The notes beneath the pieces are model-generated. The model was not told the DNA's origin and did not search any database. It was given only the letters and a program-made list of their open reading frames with translations. Positions 46,801-56,360 of a DNA stretch of 56,360 nucleotides are shown here, piece by piece (the stretch's first letter is position 1; each line of letters begins with the position of its first letter). Origin of the DNA: an uncultured Nitrososphaeraceae archaeon (GTDB lineage Archaea; Thermoproteota; Nitrososphaeria; Nitrososphaerales; Nitrososphaeraceae); NCBI GenBank assembly GCA_963765895.1, contig CAVXZB010000013.1, positions 1 through 56,360 on the forward strand, read 5' to 3'. A program made the position numbers and the translations under genes.

Positions 46801-47193
46801 TTATGTAATCAAATCTTCCTTACCATAGTATACGGTAGATTTTTCGATCAATTCGTCGTTGTTGAATTCAAACTTCTCAATTACAGACCACTTAATTTTA
46901 TTATCCGGCGTTGCACTATATTCAAATATTACTTTTTGATTTTTAAAGAAATATTCTATTGGCATAAAGCGTAGCATTGGAAATTTCTTTAAACCTGCGC
47001 AAAAATATTCTTCCAAATCTCTCTTGTTTGTTATCGTTGCTGAAGTCCGGTTAGGATATAGTAATTTTATCTTAGGACTAGAGAATGATATATTCTCAGA
47101 ATAAAGGGAAATAACTTGTTTTATATTATGGTCGTTCCACGCCTTTGTCCATCTATCTATATGCTTTTTTGCAAGTGTATCATCCATCTCCAT
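46801..47193 (-). CDS. SnoaL-like / NTF2 family protein
   Basis: WTKAWNDHNI..LYSENISFSSP..LEEYF. Confidence 0.85.
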   Translation of the reverse strand: MEMDDTLAKKHIDRWTKAWNDHNIKQVISLYSENISFSSPKIKLLYPNRTSATITNKRDLEEYFCAGLKKFPMLRFMPIEYFFKNQKVIFEYSATPDNKIKWSVIEKFEFNNDELIEKSTVYYGKEDLIT

Positions 47194-47744
47194 ATATTAT
47201 CATCAGCTGTACTGTGAATATATTTGTCATCATTATATTATATCATTTGCTGTGATTCTATCTCTATATAGCTGTAATTGATTTCAAATCAATTGTAAAA
47301 AGGAATTGAATAGTTTCAATGTGCAACGGGAAATATGTAGTTTATCTAATTAATATTTGGATTTTACCGACATCTTTGGTTAGTCGCCAACTAATTAATA
47401 ACAGTGGAAAAATTAGTCAATACCAACAAAGTAATATCGTTTTTCCATGTAAAACTATCCTTGTTCAGTATCTTTTGTAGAACGACTAATAAGCAACACC
47501 ATTGAATCCCCCCTCTACATGCAGGGACCTAGTAGATATGAATCGGTTGAAGGCAATGAAATAACACCAATACTGGAAACATAACAAGTTTCCTGTCATG
47601 GTCTTATCGCAATAAGCATTGACATTGAGGGTTCTTAACTTACAGTTTTGGTCACGAATATTTTTACTCTTATCAGAAAATCTTCCACTCTAAAGGTTAT
47701 TTTGGCCATTTGAGATCAGTTATCTTCTCACTCAGGTCCCATAG

Positions 47745-47794
47745 TGCTTTGGCTGTAAGCTTATCAATCTGCTTTGGCTGTAAGCTTATCAATC
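47745..47794. repeat. 25-bp perfect tandem duplication
   Basis: TGCTTTGGCTGTAAGCTTATCAATC twice. Confidence 0.9.
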
Positions 47795-48103
47795 GTCCAG
47801 CGTCGAACCCCCGATGACAATTGGCTGTCATCTGGCACGAGTTCAGCGATGTCACAATCTGAACAATATACGTCACCTTTGCCGTTGAGTCGAGAGCTCA
47901 CTGCACACCATACCGTAGTTGCCTGGTAAGCTTCGAAGTTTATCAGCCTTAGCATCTTGCTCCAATAGATCTACAAGTTCTTGTTTCAGATTCTTGAATG
48001 TAAAAGTGTCTTGAATTAGTTTTTCGCTTAATATAGCGGGTTATAGTTGATACCCAACAAATCGTAACCTATCCTGAAAAAATGCAATGGCTGCTACTGA
48101 TGG

Positions 48104-49600
48104 TTGTATCCTTCAAATAATAATATACTAATAACAAAAGTATGCAGCAACTTGTCAAAATCTTCGCCAATTAATTACCCTCCAGGACCTTCTTCAAGGC
48201 TAACCCTAAAGCTATTCTTTAACTTTCTTCGAGATCCTCTTACTGTTTTACATAATCTTTCAAAAGAGTATGGTGATATTTCTCACTTCAAATTTGGAAA
48301 GCACCACATATATCTTCTCAACAATCCAGATTATGTAAAAGATGTATTAGTAAATCAAGACAACAATTTTATAAAAAGCCGAGGTTTGCAATTGGCAAAA
48401 CGCATATTAGGAGAAGGATTATTGACCAGCGAAGGTGAGCTTCATCACAGGCAACGCCAATTAATACAACCTATCTTTCATCCAGATGAAATTCCTAACT
48501 ATGCAAATATTATGAGAGAGTATACTTTAGATATATCAAGTCAATGGCTTGACCAAGCCACAATAGATATTCACAAAGAATTCATGCATTTGGCATTAGC
48601 TATAGTTAGCAAGATTTTCTTTAATGTCAGTATTGAAGAATTAGAGATTAAAGAAATCGATCGGTATGTTACTACTATAATAGAACACTTCAATCGTGCA
48701 AGGATACCTTTTGCTGGAATTATAGAAAAAGTACCGTTACCAAGCAATATACGATTTTATCAAGCTAAAAAGCACTTGGATGAAATAATTTATCGCATAA
48801 TTGATAGTCGCATAAACAATGATAGCAATAATAATGCCTATAATAGGCAACAAAATGGATTTCACCTTCACAAAGACCTCATAAGTATATTACTGCAAGG
48901 TCAAGCTAATGATTATTTTTCAACAAGCAAAAACAATGAAGGTGTCAATATCGCTAGGAACAACAGACAGCAACTAAGAGATAATGTAATGACCATCTTC
49001 CTTGCAGGTCATGAAACTGTAGCAAATGCACTCACATGGACATTTTATCTCCTCTCACAAAATCCTAAAGAAGAAAAAATGCTTCATAATGAAGTTGATT
49101 CTGTACTTCATGATGAGGATAATGTGGCTTCTGTTGCTAAAGACATATCTAAATTAGAATATACACAAAGAGTTTTTGCCGAGTCAATGCGGCTCTATCC
49201 ACCAGCGTGGGCAATAGGACGTCAAGCTATAGAAGATTGCAAGATTGGCGACTACGTTATACCTGCTGGCTCTTCAATTCTAATGAGCCAATATTTAATG
49301 CATCATGACTTCCGTTATTTTCCTCAACCCGAACGATTTGATCCGGAAAGATGGAGTCCACAAGAAAAGGCTAAACGGCCAAGATTTAGCTATTTTCCAT
49401 TTGGAGGTGGTGTAAGGTCTTGTATCGGAGAGACATTTGCATGGATGGAAGGGATATTGGTTATCGCTACTATTGCTCGACGGTGGAAAATGCAAGTCAT
49501 GCGCGGGCATCCTCTTGTACTTCAGCCACTTGTCACCCTACGTCCTAAGCATGGAATGCAAATGAGACTGATAGAGCGGAATAACGTTGCACGCATTTAA
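48104..49600 (+). CDS. Cytochrome P450
   Basis: PPGP, GLLTSEG, AGHET, ESMR (ExxR), PERF, FGGGVRSCIG heme ligand; start may be TTG 48152. Confidence 0.96.
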   Translation: MYPSNNNILITKVCSNLSKSSPINYPPGPSSRLTLKLFFNFLRDPLTVLHNLSKEYGDISHFKFGKHHIYLLNNPDYVKDVLVNQDNNFIKSRGLQLAKRILGEGLLTSEGELHHRQRQLIQPIFHPDEIPNYANIMREYTLDISSQWLDQATIDIHKEFMHLALAIVSKIFFNVSIEELEIKEIDRYVTTIIEHFNRARIPFAGIIEKVPLPSNIRFYQAKKHLDEIIYRIIDSRINNDSNNNAYNRQQNGFHLHKDLISILLQGQANDYFSTSKNNEGVNIARNNRQQLRDNVMTIFLAGHETVANALTWTFYLLSQNPKEEKMLHNEVDSVLHDEDNVASVAKDISKLEYTQRVFAESMRLYPPAWAIGRQAIEDCKIGDYVIPAGSSILMSQYLMHHDFRYFPQPERFDPERWSPQEKAKRPRFSYFPFGGGVRSCIGETFAWMEGILVIATIARRWKMQVMRGHPLVLQPLVTLRPKHGMQMRLIERNNVARI

Positions 49601-49680
49601 TTAGAACAGTTTATACCGAAAGATGTAGCTGAGATTGGTCGAACTAATAGAAGTTAGCAAATATAGATATTAAAAGTGTG

Positions 49681-50805
49681 TTAGTCGATTATCCTAAATT
49701 CTGATAGATTATCCGCGATTATTGCTGAATTGCTAAGGTAAATTTTGTCAAACTTGGATACATGTGATTTGATATATAGCCTATATCGAGAAACACTCAC
49801 TATGATCCCAAATCCGATGACACTATTACTCAATCCCAATCCCACAAACATCCTTACAAGTTTTTTTCGCTGAATGTGAATAGCATTATTTCTATTGATC
49901 AAATGTAAAATGCCATATCTAAGTTGTGATTTTTGAAATGTCTCTCCTTTATATACAAATTCTACCTCCTTAACATTAATTGAAATGATAGCATACCTTT
50001 TATTATTTCCCGATATGTATCGTGAAAACTGACTTAATCTCCTCTGCTTACGATCAATATTGGATTTTATCATATTGCTAGGAGATTTTCCATACAAGAC
50101 AAGAGATGACAAAAAATTTCTTCTGAATATCTGAAATATAGAGAAATGTCCTAGACATACTATCACATCAGGATTTAATTCCTGAGCCATACTAATTTTA
50201 TAATTAATACCATTGTTTAGTATATAACCGTCAGTGTTAATAATACAAACATTGGATAAAATCCCGGTCTTTCTTAAAATTTTTTTTACTGCTTCGATGA
50301 TAGTTTCTTCAAAACCGGTTGGGGTGATACTTCCCACAAACTCAATTAAATCTGGGGTAACATCTCGCAAGTCAGTAATATGAGTAGTTATGATAGCTCC
50401 TCCTATAGCATTTGGCGGTGTCAAATCCCCTTGACCTATATCTGCATCGATTACACTAGGTCTGAAATCTTTCTTCAAAGCCTCATTTATAAGATAGGTT
50501 GCAAACGTTGATTTACCAGTATCGGTATTTCCAATTATTAGTACTGTTCTTAAAAGCTTTATGTTAGAGAGGATACTCTGAACAATGTCTTTCCATATTG
50601 ATGTACCAGCAACGGAACATGAAGTTAGCCAACTTTCTCCACCTATACAAGTAATTTTACAATCAGGACCTTTCTCAAATGGCAAAATTTTGCCAACATT
50701 TACTGATACTGTGCTATTGGAAACATCTTTTCCAAGTACCCATCCCTTTCCTTCTAAGCAAACAATCGCAGGACCTTTGACAAGAAGCACATCTTTCGAA
50801 GACAA
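49681..50805 (-). CDS. Polynucleotide 5'-hydroxyl kinase, Clp1/Grc3/Nol9 family
   Basis: GNTDTGKST, IDADIGQGDL, IINTDGY. Confidence 0.88.
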   Translation of the reverse strand: MSSKDVLLVKGPAIVCLEGKGWVLGKDVSNSTVSVNVGKILPFEKGPDCKITCIGGESWLTSCSVAGTSIWKDIVQSILSNIKLLRTVLIIGNTDTGKSTFATYLINEALKKDFRPSVIDADIGQGDLTPPNAIGGAIITTHITDLRDVTPDLIEFVGSITPTGFEETIIEAVKKILRKTGILSNVCIINTDGYILNNGINYKISMAQELNPDVIVCLGHFSIFQIFRRNFLSSLVLYGKSPSNMIKSNIDRKQRRLSQFSRYISGNNKRYAIISINVKEVEFVYKGETFQKSQLRYGILHLINRNNAIHIQRKKLVRMFVGLGLSNSVIGFGIIVSVSRYRLYIKSHVSKFDKIYLSNSAIIADNLSEFRIID

Positions 50806-51034
50806 AATTGCTTAATATATTCAACACAATAGAGGTCATATCTTATATACGACTTTCTAGTAGGGAGTGCAATAAGCCTAACAATCCATCTGACGAGTCA
50901 TTTGGATAATGCTCCAAGCTTTGACGATTGATATGCAAAGTGTTAAGCCTGTTTTCCTTCTCATAACTGCATATTTGTATGCTACGGCTTATACGCAAAA
51001 TGATAAAGCTTAGTAATTCCGTCATGTACTTAGC

Positions 51035-51340
51035 GTGAAAACGGAACATCTCTACAAAATCATGGACCACATCGTGATCGCCAAGGATCTCAAAGGAAAT
51101 GTAATTGATCTCAAGGGGCACGACTTGGTCGCAGTGGAACTTGGTCATACTGACACTGACTACACGGCCTGTTTAAATGTCCCCTCTGTCGGCCTAGTGG
51201 TAGCTGGTGATGCTGTCTACAATGATGTTCACCTCTACCTCGCCGAGTCAAATGCGAAGAGTCACCTGAAGTGGATCGCTGCACTCGACAAAATTGAGTC
51301 GCTCAACCCACGCGCACACACTTGTGTAATGTTCTTTTGA
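51035..51340 (+). pseudogene. MBL-fold metallo-hydrolase, internal fragment
   Basis: ELGHTDT, VVAGDAVYNDVHLYL, WIAALDKIESLNP; lacks the N-terminal HxHxDH and the terminal GH. Confidence 0.75.
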
Positions 51341-51566
51341 GATAGTCAATTTTCTTTTTACTGTTTCAATGGATCCATATGGATTGCACGCATCAGCATA
51401 CTTCGCCACAATCCTGAGTTTGTTAGTGCCAGATCTAATCTTTTTTACAACCTATCTTCTAGTAAAGTCTAAGAATTCGCAACATCATTGTATATTCTTT
51501 TTTAGAGAAAGACAGAAAGATTCAAGCGATGATTTATGAGGAGCAGCTACACTATAAATCACAACT

Positions 51567-53241
51567 ATGTCTAATGCGCGTAGGGGACTTCCTATAACCA
51601 GCTCTCATATTGAGCAAATATTTCCGAAATTAACGCCAGCACAGATCAGTCGCATTGCAGCACGCGGGCACACACACTCGATGACGGGCGGCGAAGTACT
51701 TTATGAGCAGGGCTACAGCGCGGCACCATTCTTTGTGATTATCTCTGGTGAGATTGAGGTTGTGCGACCTTCTGTTCCTGTTGAGACCCTTGTCATAGCC
51801 TATGAACCCGGCCAGTTCACTGGCGAGGTTGGCACACTCGCCGGACGGAGGAGTCTCTTCCGCGTTCGTGCCACTAAGCCAGGTAAGGTAATAGAACTGG
51901 ATCGGCAACAAATGCTGGCTTTGATACAGACTGATGCTGAACTTGGTGAGATAACTGATGAGGGCTTTCATCCTGCGTAGGGTAGAATTAATAGCTGCTG
52001 GTGTTGGAGATGTTGTTCTGGTAGGGTCAACATATTCTGCCAGTACGCATCGAATCAAAGAGTTTCTGATGCGCAATGGACAACCATACTCCTATATGGA
52101 TCTGGAACGCGACCCTGATGTACAGAATTTAGTGGATAGCTTTCAAATTTCTGCCAGCGAAATACCAGTATTGATCTGTCGAGGCCAATTGGTACTGCGC
52201 AATCCTAGTAATCAAGAAATTGCAGACTGCCTTGGTTTTAATGAGTCTATTGAGCAAACCCATGTGCGAGATCTCATAATCATCGGCGCTGGTCCCTCAG
52301 GGCTGGCGGCTGCAGTGTATGGCGCATCAGAAGGACTAGATGTTATGGTACTGGAAACGGGTTCTCCTGGTGGTCAGGCTGGTTCAAGCTCTAAAATCGA
52401 AAATTACTTGGGATTTCCCACTGGTATCTCCGGCCAGGATCTGGCATCTAGAGCTTATCTTCAAGCTCAAAAATTTGGCGCTGATATACTCATTGCAAAG
52501 GCCACACAACTTATCTGCGACCGTAAACCGTACGTTGTCGAAATAGAGAATAGATCTCGAATTCCTGCACGCAGTATCATGATTGCAACGGGGGCAGCCT
52601 ATCGAAGGCCGCCATGCAAAAACTTGTTGCGCTTCGAAGGTGCGGGCGTATATTACGGCGCGACTTTTGTGGAAGCACAGTTATGTGGTGGAGAAGAGGT
52701 GATTGTGGTTGGTGGAGGAAACTCAGCCGGTCAGGCAGCCGTGTTTCTGGCTGAAACTGCGAAGCGCGTGCACATGCTCGTCAGGTCAGCCGGTTTAGCC
52801 AAGAGCATGTCGCGCTACCTGATTCGTCGGATAGAAGAAACTTCTACGATAGTATTACTGCCGTACACTCAGATCGTAGCAGTCGAAGGGGGCGATCATC
52901 TAGAATTCGTTCGCTGGCAGAACAATCAAACGGGACAGACTGAGGAGCACGATATTAAACACCTATTTGTCATGATGGGTGCCGATCCAAACACCAGTTG
53001 GCTTGATGGCTGCGTCGCACTCGACAATAAAGGTTTCATAAAGACAGGACTTGATCTATCCCCAGAAAGTCTTAGCGCTGCAGGCTGGTATCCTACACGT
53101 CAACCATATTTGCTTGAAACTAGTTTGCCAGGTGTTTTTGCGGTGGGTGATGTACGAGGCGGCAGTATCAAACGTGTTGCGTCCGCAGTGGGCGAAGGAT
53201 CAATCGCAATCTCTTTTGTTCATAAAGCACTACAAGAATAG
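51567..53241 (+). CDS. cNMP-binding domain fused to thioredoxin reductase, frameshift near 51954
   Basis: cNMP domain (GEVLYEQG..GQFTGE); GAGPSG, GGQAGSSSKIENYLGFP, GGGNSAGQAA, GVFAVGDVR. Confidence 0.9.
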
Positions 53242-53459
53242 CAAACATTCATCTGAATGGCGGCTAATTCTTACTTTATTCGCAAATCATCATGAGTACT
53301 AGTCTAACAAGCATTTGCTGCAAGATACTTCCAGCTTATCCAATTGTTTTAAAACAATGTAATGGGAATCATCAGAAGTTTGGATTATTTCTTTATGAAC
53401 AGGTTCCATAATGCCATATTACTATATATTAAATTCAATTGAATCTGTTTTGAAGTGCC

Positions 53460-53536
53460 TCAAATCTTCGTCAAATGTCAGTCAAATAGTCGTCAAATAG
53501 TCGTCAGATCTATGTCATATAGCCTTCATGTTCATT
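53460..53536. repeat. Seven tandem 11-bp units
   Basis: TCAAATCTTCG/TCAAATGTCAG/TCAAATAGTCG/TCAAATAGTCG/TCAGATCTATG/TCATATAGCCT/TCATGTTCATT. Confidence 0.85.
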
Positions 53537-53618
53537 TTAAGCCGATTTTCACAACTAAATTTATTAATTATTCTGTCTGTTTTATTGTTGCTTTTGTAAT
53601 ATTTATCGAGATATAGAA

Positions 53619-54542
53619 TTGGGTTCGAAGATTCCAAAGCCAATAAAAATTGAGGTTATTAGAAAATGGCTTCAAGGGAAAAGCAGAGATCAAATTGCAA
53701 ATGAAGTACAAATCGGAGCTGGTACTGTAAGTGGCATAGTTAAGGAATATAGAAGGGATGATCCCGAATTTGACCTGCTAAGGGAAGTTGGCCTAAACCT
53801 CGTAAACAGAGGTATGAAGGTAGAATCATTTGCAGCCTTGATTAGGTTGAGAGAAGTTCTTGAAGAAAAGGAATGGTTATTAGATGTTAGACCAGGAGAG
53901 GAGGAGAAGGATGGAGAAGATGGAGAAGAAGATTATATCTACGATCTCGACCAAGTAACTGAAAAGAAAATGGAGTCCTTGATAGTAAGCCTGGAAGTAT
54001 TTTGCTTTAAACAGAACCTATCCATAAAGCAGTTTTTTGATAGTATTTATAGAATGTATTGGGCAGCAGATAAGCTCAATATCCCTCTTGAGAATTTTCC
54101 AGAGTATATTGAACAATTGAAAGTTAAAAAAGATAGTCTAATAGATCAAATACAACAACTAGAGTCAGAAAAACAAATCTCATTGGAAAGTTATCATACA
54201 ACTAAAAAAGGACTTGAAGAGTACTGGAATGATAGGCCATTATTTGAAAAAAACCAACAATTAAAGCAGGAACTACAAGAAGCAAAACAAGAAGGAGACA
54301 GATACAAAATAGAGCTAGAACATATGAGAATTTGGAAACGTAAAGAAGAACAAATGAGGTGGCAGATCCCAGAAGAAGAGTTAAACAAAGCTGGTAAGGA
54401 TCTGAATTATTCAAAACAAATGTTAAGTCCAGAAAATCTAAAAAAAATAGTGATGGACGTTTACTCCCATCCAAGTAAATACACTGAAGTAATTAGACTA
54501 ATGATAGAACGCTATCGTTTGGAACATAAAGAGAAAAGCTGA
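53619..54542 (+). CDS. N-terminal HTH + coiled-coil protein
   Basis: IKIEVIRKWLQGKSRDQIANEVQIGAGTVSGIV HTH; long E/K/Q coiled coil. Confidence 0.75.
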   Translation: MGSKIPKPIKIEVIRKWLQGKSRDQIANEVQIGAGTVSGIVKEYRRDDPEFDLLREVGLNLVNRGMKVESFAALIRLREVLEEKEWLLDVRPGEEEKDGEDGEEDYIYDLDQVTEKKMESLIVSLEVFCFKQNLSIKQFFDSIYRMYWAADKLNIPLENFPEYIEQLKVKKDSLIDQIQQLESEKQISLESYHTTKKGLEEYWNDRPLFEKNQQLKQELQEAKQEGDRYKIELEHMRIWKRKEEQMRWQIPEEELNKAGKDLNYSKQMLSPENLKKIVMDVYSHPSKYTEVIRLMIERYRLEHKEKS

Positions 54543-55112
54543 TGAGCGACCAACAAACCAGTAGAATTTAGTTGCCTGCACAGAATAACAATTTGAAAGC
54601 ATAGAACATAGTTCGCTATCGATAATCCCTTTCCCTATAGGTGATCCAATACTTAAAAGATCCCGAGTATTCCTCACATTGAATAATTGAGCTTCTTTCC
54701 AAATGAAGGCATTCTCACTAAAGAGTAGCAATCAATTGATATTGATCACACAAAATTCAACCGTATGATAAAGAAATACATTAAATTACTAATGGTAGGT
54801 ATCGCGTTGTGAGATACTGGATGCTGTTCCACATTGTAGTTGCATGTATTTTTCCGATGTAATAAAATGTTATACTCCTTATCTTTCACCCGGAACTCTG
54901 GAAAATAATAAGTATCTTGCAGCGTAATTTTGCAAGGTCTACAAATTGATTTTCCAGTAGTTGTGTTATGACTAAAACTGTGAAAGTATGATAGTAACAA
55001 CTTAGTTAGACTAACCATATCTTATGTTGACGACATTTCCTATACCACAATGTATACATTTCACGGGTTACAATAACTACTATAGTTTAGTGGAGTTGAT
55101 GAAGTATTAATT

Positions 55113-56146
55113 ATGAAAGCTGAATATTCAAGAATAAAGGCGTCATTGAGCTTGGTGAACGACCGGATCCCATAATCAAAGAGCCAGCCGATGTTGTAGT
55201 TCGCGTCGCGCTGACATGTGTCTGTGGCTCTGACCTATGGTTCTATCGTGGGCAGTCCGACTATACGGCCGGTAGCCCGATTGGCCATGAGTTTCTTGGT
55301 GTTGTGGAACAAGTTGGAGATAGCGTGAAAAACATCGCTAAGGGTGATCTTGTCATTGCACCGTTCTTATATTGCGACGGCATATGCCCAAACTGTAGAG
55401 TAGGAATCACATCTGCATGTGTTGTAGGCGGCGTATGGGGAGCCAATGGGATCGATGGAGGACAGGGCGAGGCCATACGGGTGCCACTAGCAGATGGCAC
55501 TCTAGTTAAGGTTCCCGGTTCAGGTTATACAGACAAAACATTAGCCTCATTGCTCACGCTCTCTGATGTCATGTGCACAGGACACCACGCAGCCATATGT
55601 GCAGGTGTCAAGAAAGGTGATACAGTTGCCATCGTCGGTGATGGAGCTGTAGGCCTTTGTGCTATCATTGCTGCTAAACGTTTAGGCGCACAACGAATCA
55701 TTTCCTTGAGCCGAAACCCGGCCCGCCAAAAGCTTGCTCGAGAATTCGGTGCTACGGATATCATAGCAGAGCGTGGTGGAGAAGCAAACGAGGCTGGACC
55801 GGGGTTGACAGATGGAGTAGGTGTCGACGCTTCACTTGAATACGTTGGTACAAACGAGTCTATGCAGATGGCACTATCTATAGCACGACCCGGCTCGATA
55901 GTTGGTTATGTTGGTATGCCTCACGGCGTCGAGATACCTGTTCAGAATATGTTCTATCGTAATGTAGGAATGCATGGTGGTCCGGCGCCGGCTCGAGCCT
56001 ATATGCCGGAGCCTCTTGTTGATGTTTTAGAAGGAATTATCAATCCTGGACGCGTCTTTGACTTCACGACTGATCTCAACGGCATCGAAGAAGCCTATGC
56101 TGCCATGGACGAACGCCGGGCTATTAAGTCACTTGTAAAATTGTAG
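55113..56146 (+). CDS. Zn-dependent alcohol dehydrogenase (MDR), frameshift just after the start
   Basis: Upstream in-frame CVCGSDL and GHE; CxxCxxC(7)C; GDGAVG; ATG at 55113 is out of frame. Confidence 0.9.
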
Positions 56147-56360
56147 GAGCATTTTTGGGCAACAAATAACTCTACCATATGTGTCAAAAATAGTGAGATT
56201 CATGTTAATATTTAGCACCCAACTAATATTTGACCTGAAGTAGTAAACCAAATCGGCAAAAATGTGACCAGTGTTCAAGATGTGACATAGCGTGGCATCC
56301 AAATATCCAAGCCGGAAGATCGGCCTTTTTCAATGGACGCATTGATGGTTGCCGGACTTC

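Noticed and set aside
53460-53536. 11-bp array as CRISPR
   Set aside because: No spacers and units far too short; kept as a phased array instead.
16745-55764. Antisense ORFs inside recognised genes (for example 16745-16948, 20511-20696, 43448-43776, 51630-52076, 55261-55764)
   Set aside because: Shadow frames of well-supported genes.

Overview
AT-rich archaeal DNA, most consistent with a soil ammonia-oxidising archaeon of the Nitrososphaeraceae (TFB paralogue, F420-dependent enzymes, Clp1 kinase, MEDS and receiver proteins, Nitrososphaera-type histidine kinase). The taxon is inferred from gene content, not from a search. It is a low-coding-density accessory region. Main parts: (1) 2.4-6.8 kb, the core of an integrated element: an RHH, small Zn-finger and P-loop/wHTH operon with a divergent wHTH regulator, and two copies of a 10-8-10 palindromic site at the 3' end of the ATPase gene; (2) a complete IS5-family element with terminal inverted repeats and an 8-bp target duplication; (3) a sixA-tfb deletion scar; (4) a putative aromatic/quinone detoxification cluster (HSL esterase, Mhq-type ring-cleaving dioxygenase plus hydrolase, F420H2:NADP oxidoreductase, ABM monooxygenase, Rieske fusion); (5) two-component and MEDS signalling genes; (6) a DUF72 pair and a tyrosine-integrase remnant; (7) cytochrome P450, Clp1, cNMP-thioredoxin reductase and Zn-ADH; (8) two HTH + coiled-coil genes, each preceded by its own helically phased (10-11 bp period) repeat array. 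The phased arrays and the palindromic sites are the best candidates for an undescribed system. Many genes are split by single-base indels that may be long-read errors; a few carry in-frame stops. I found no rRNA, full tRNA or CRISPR array.
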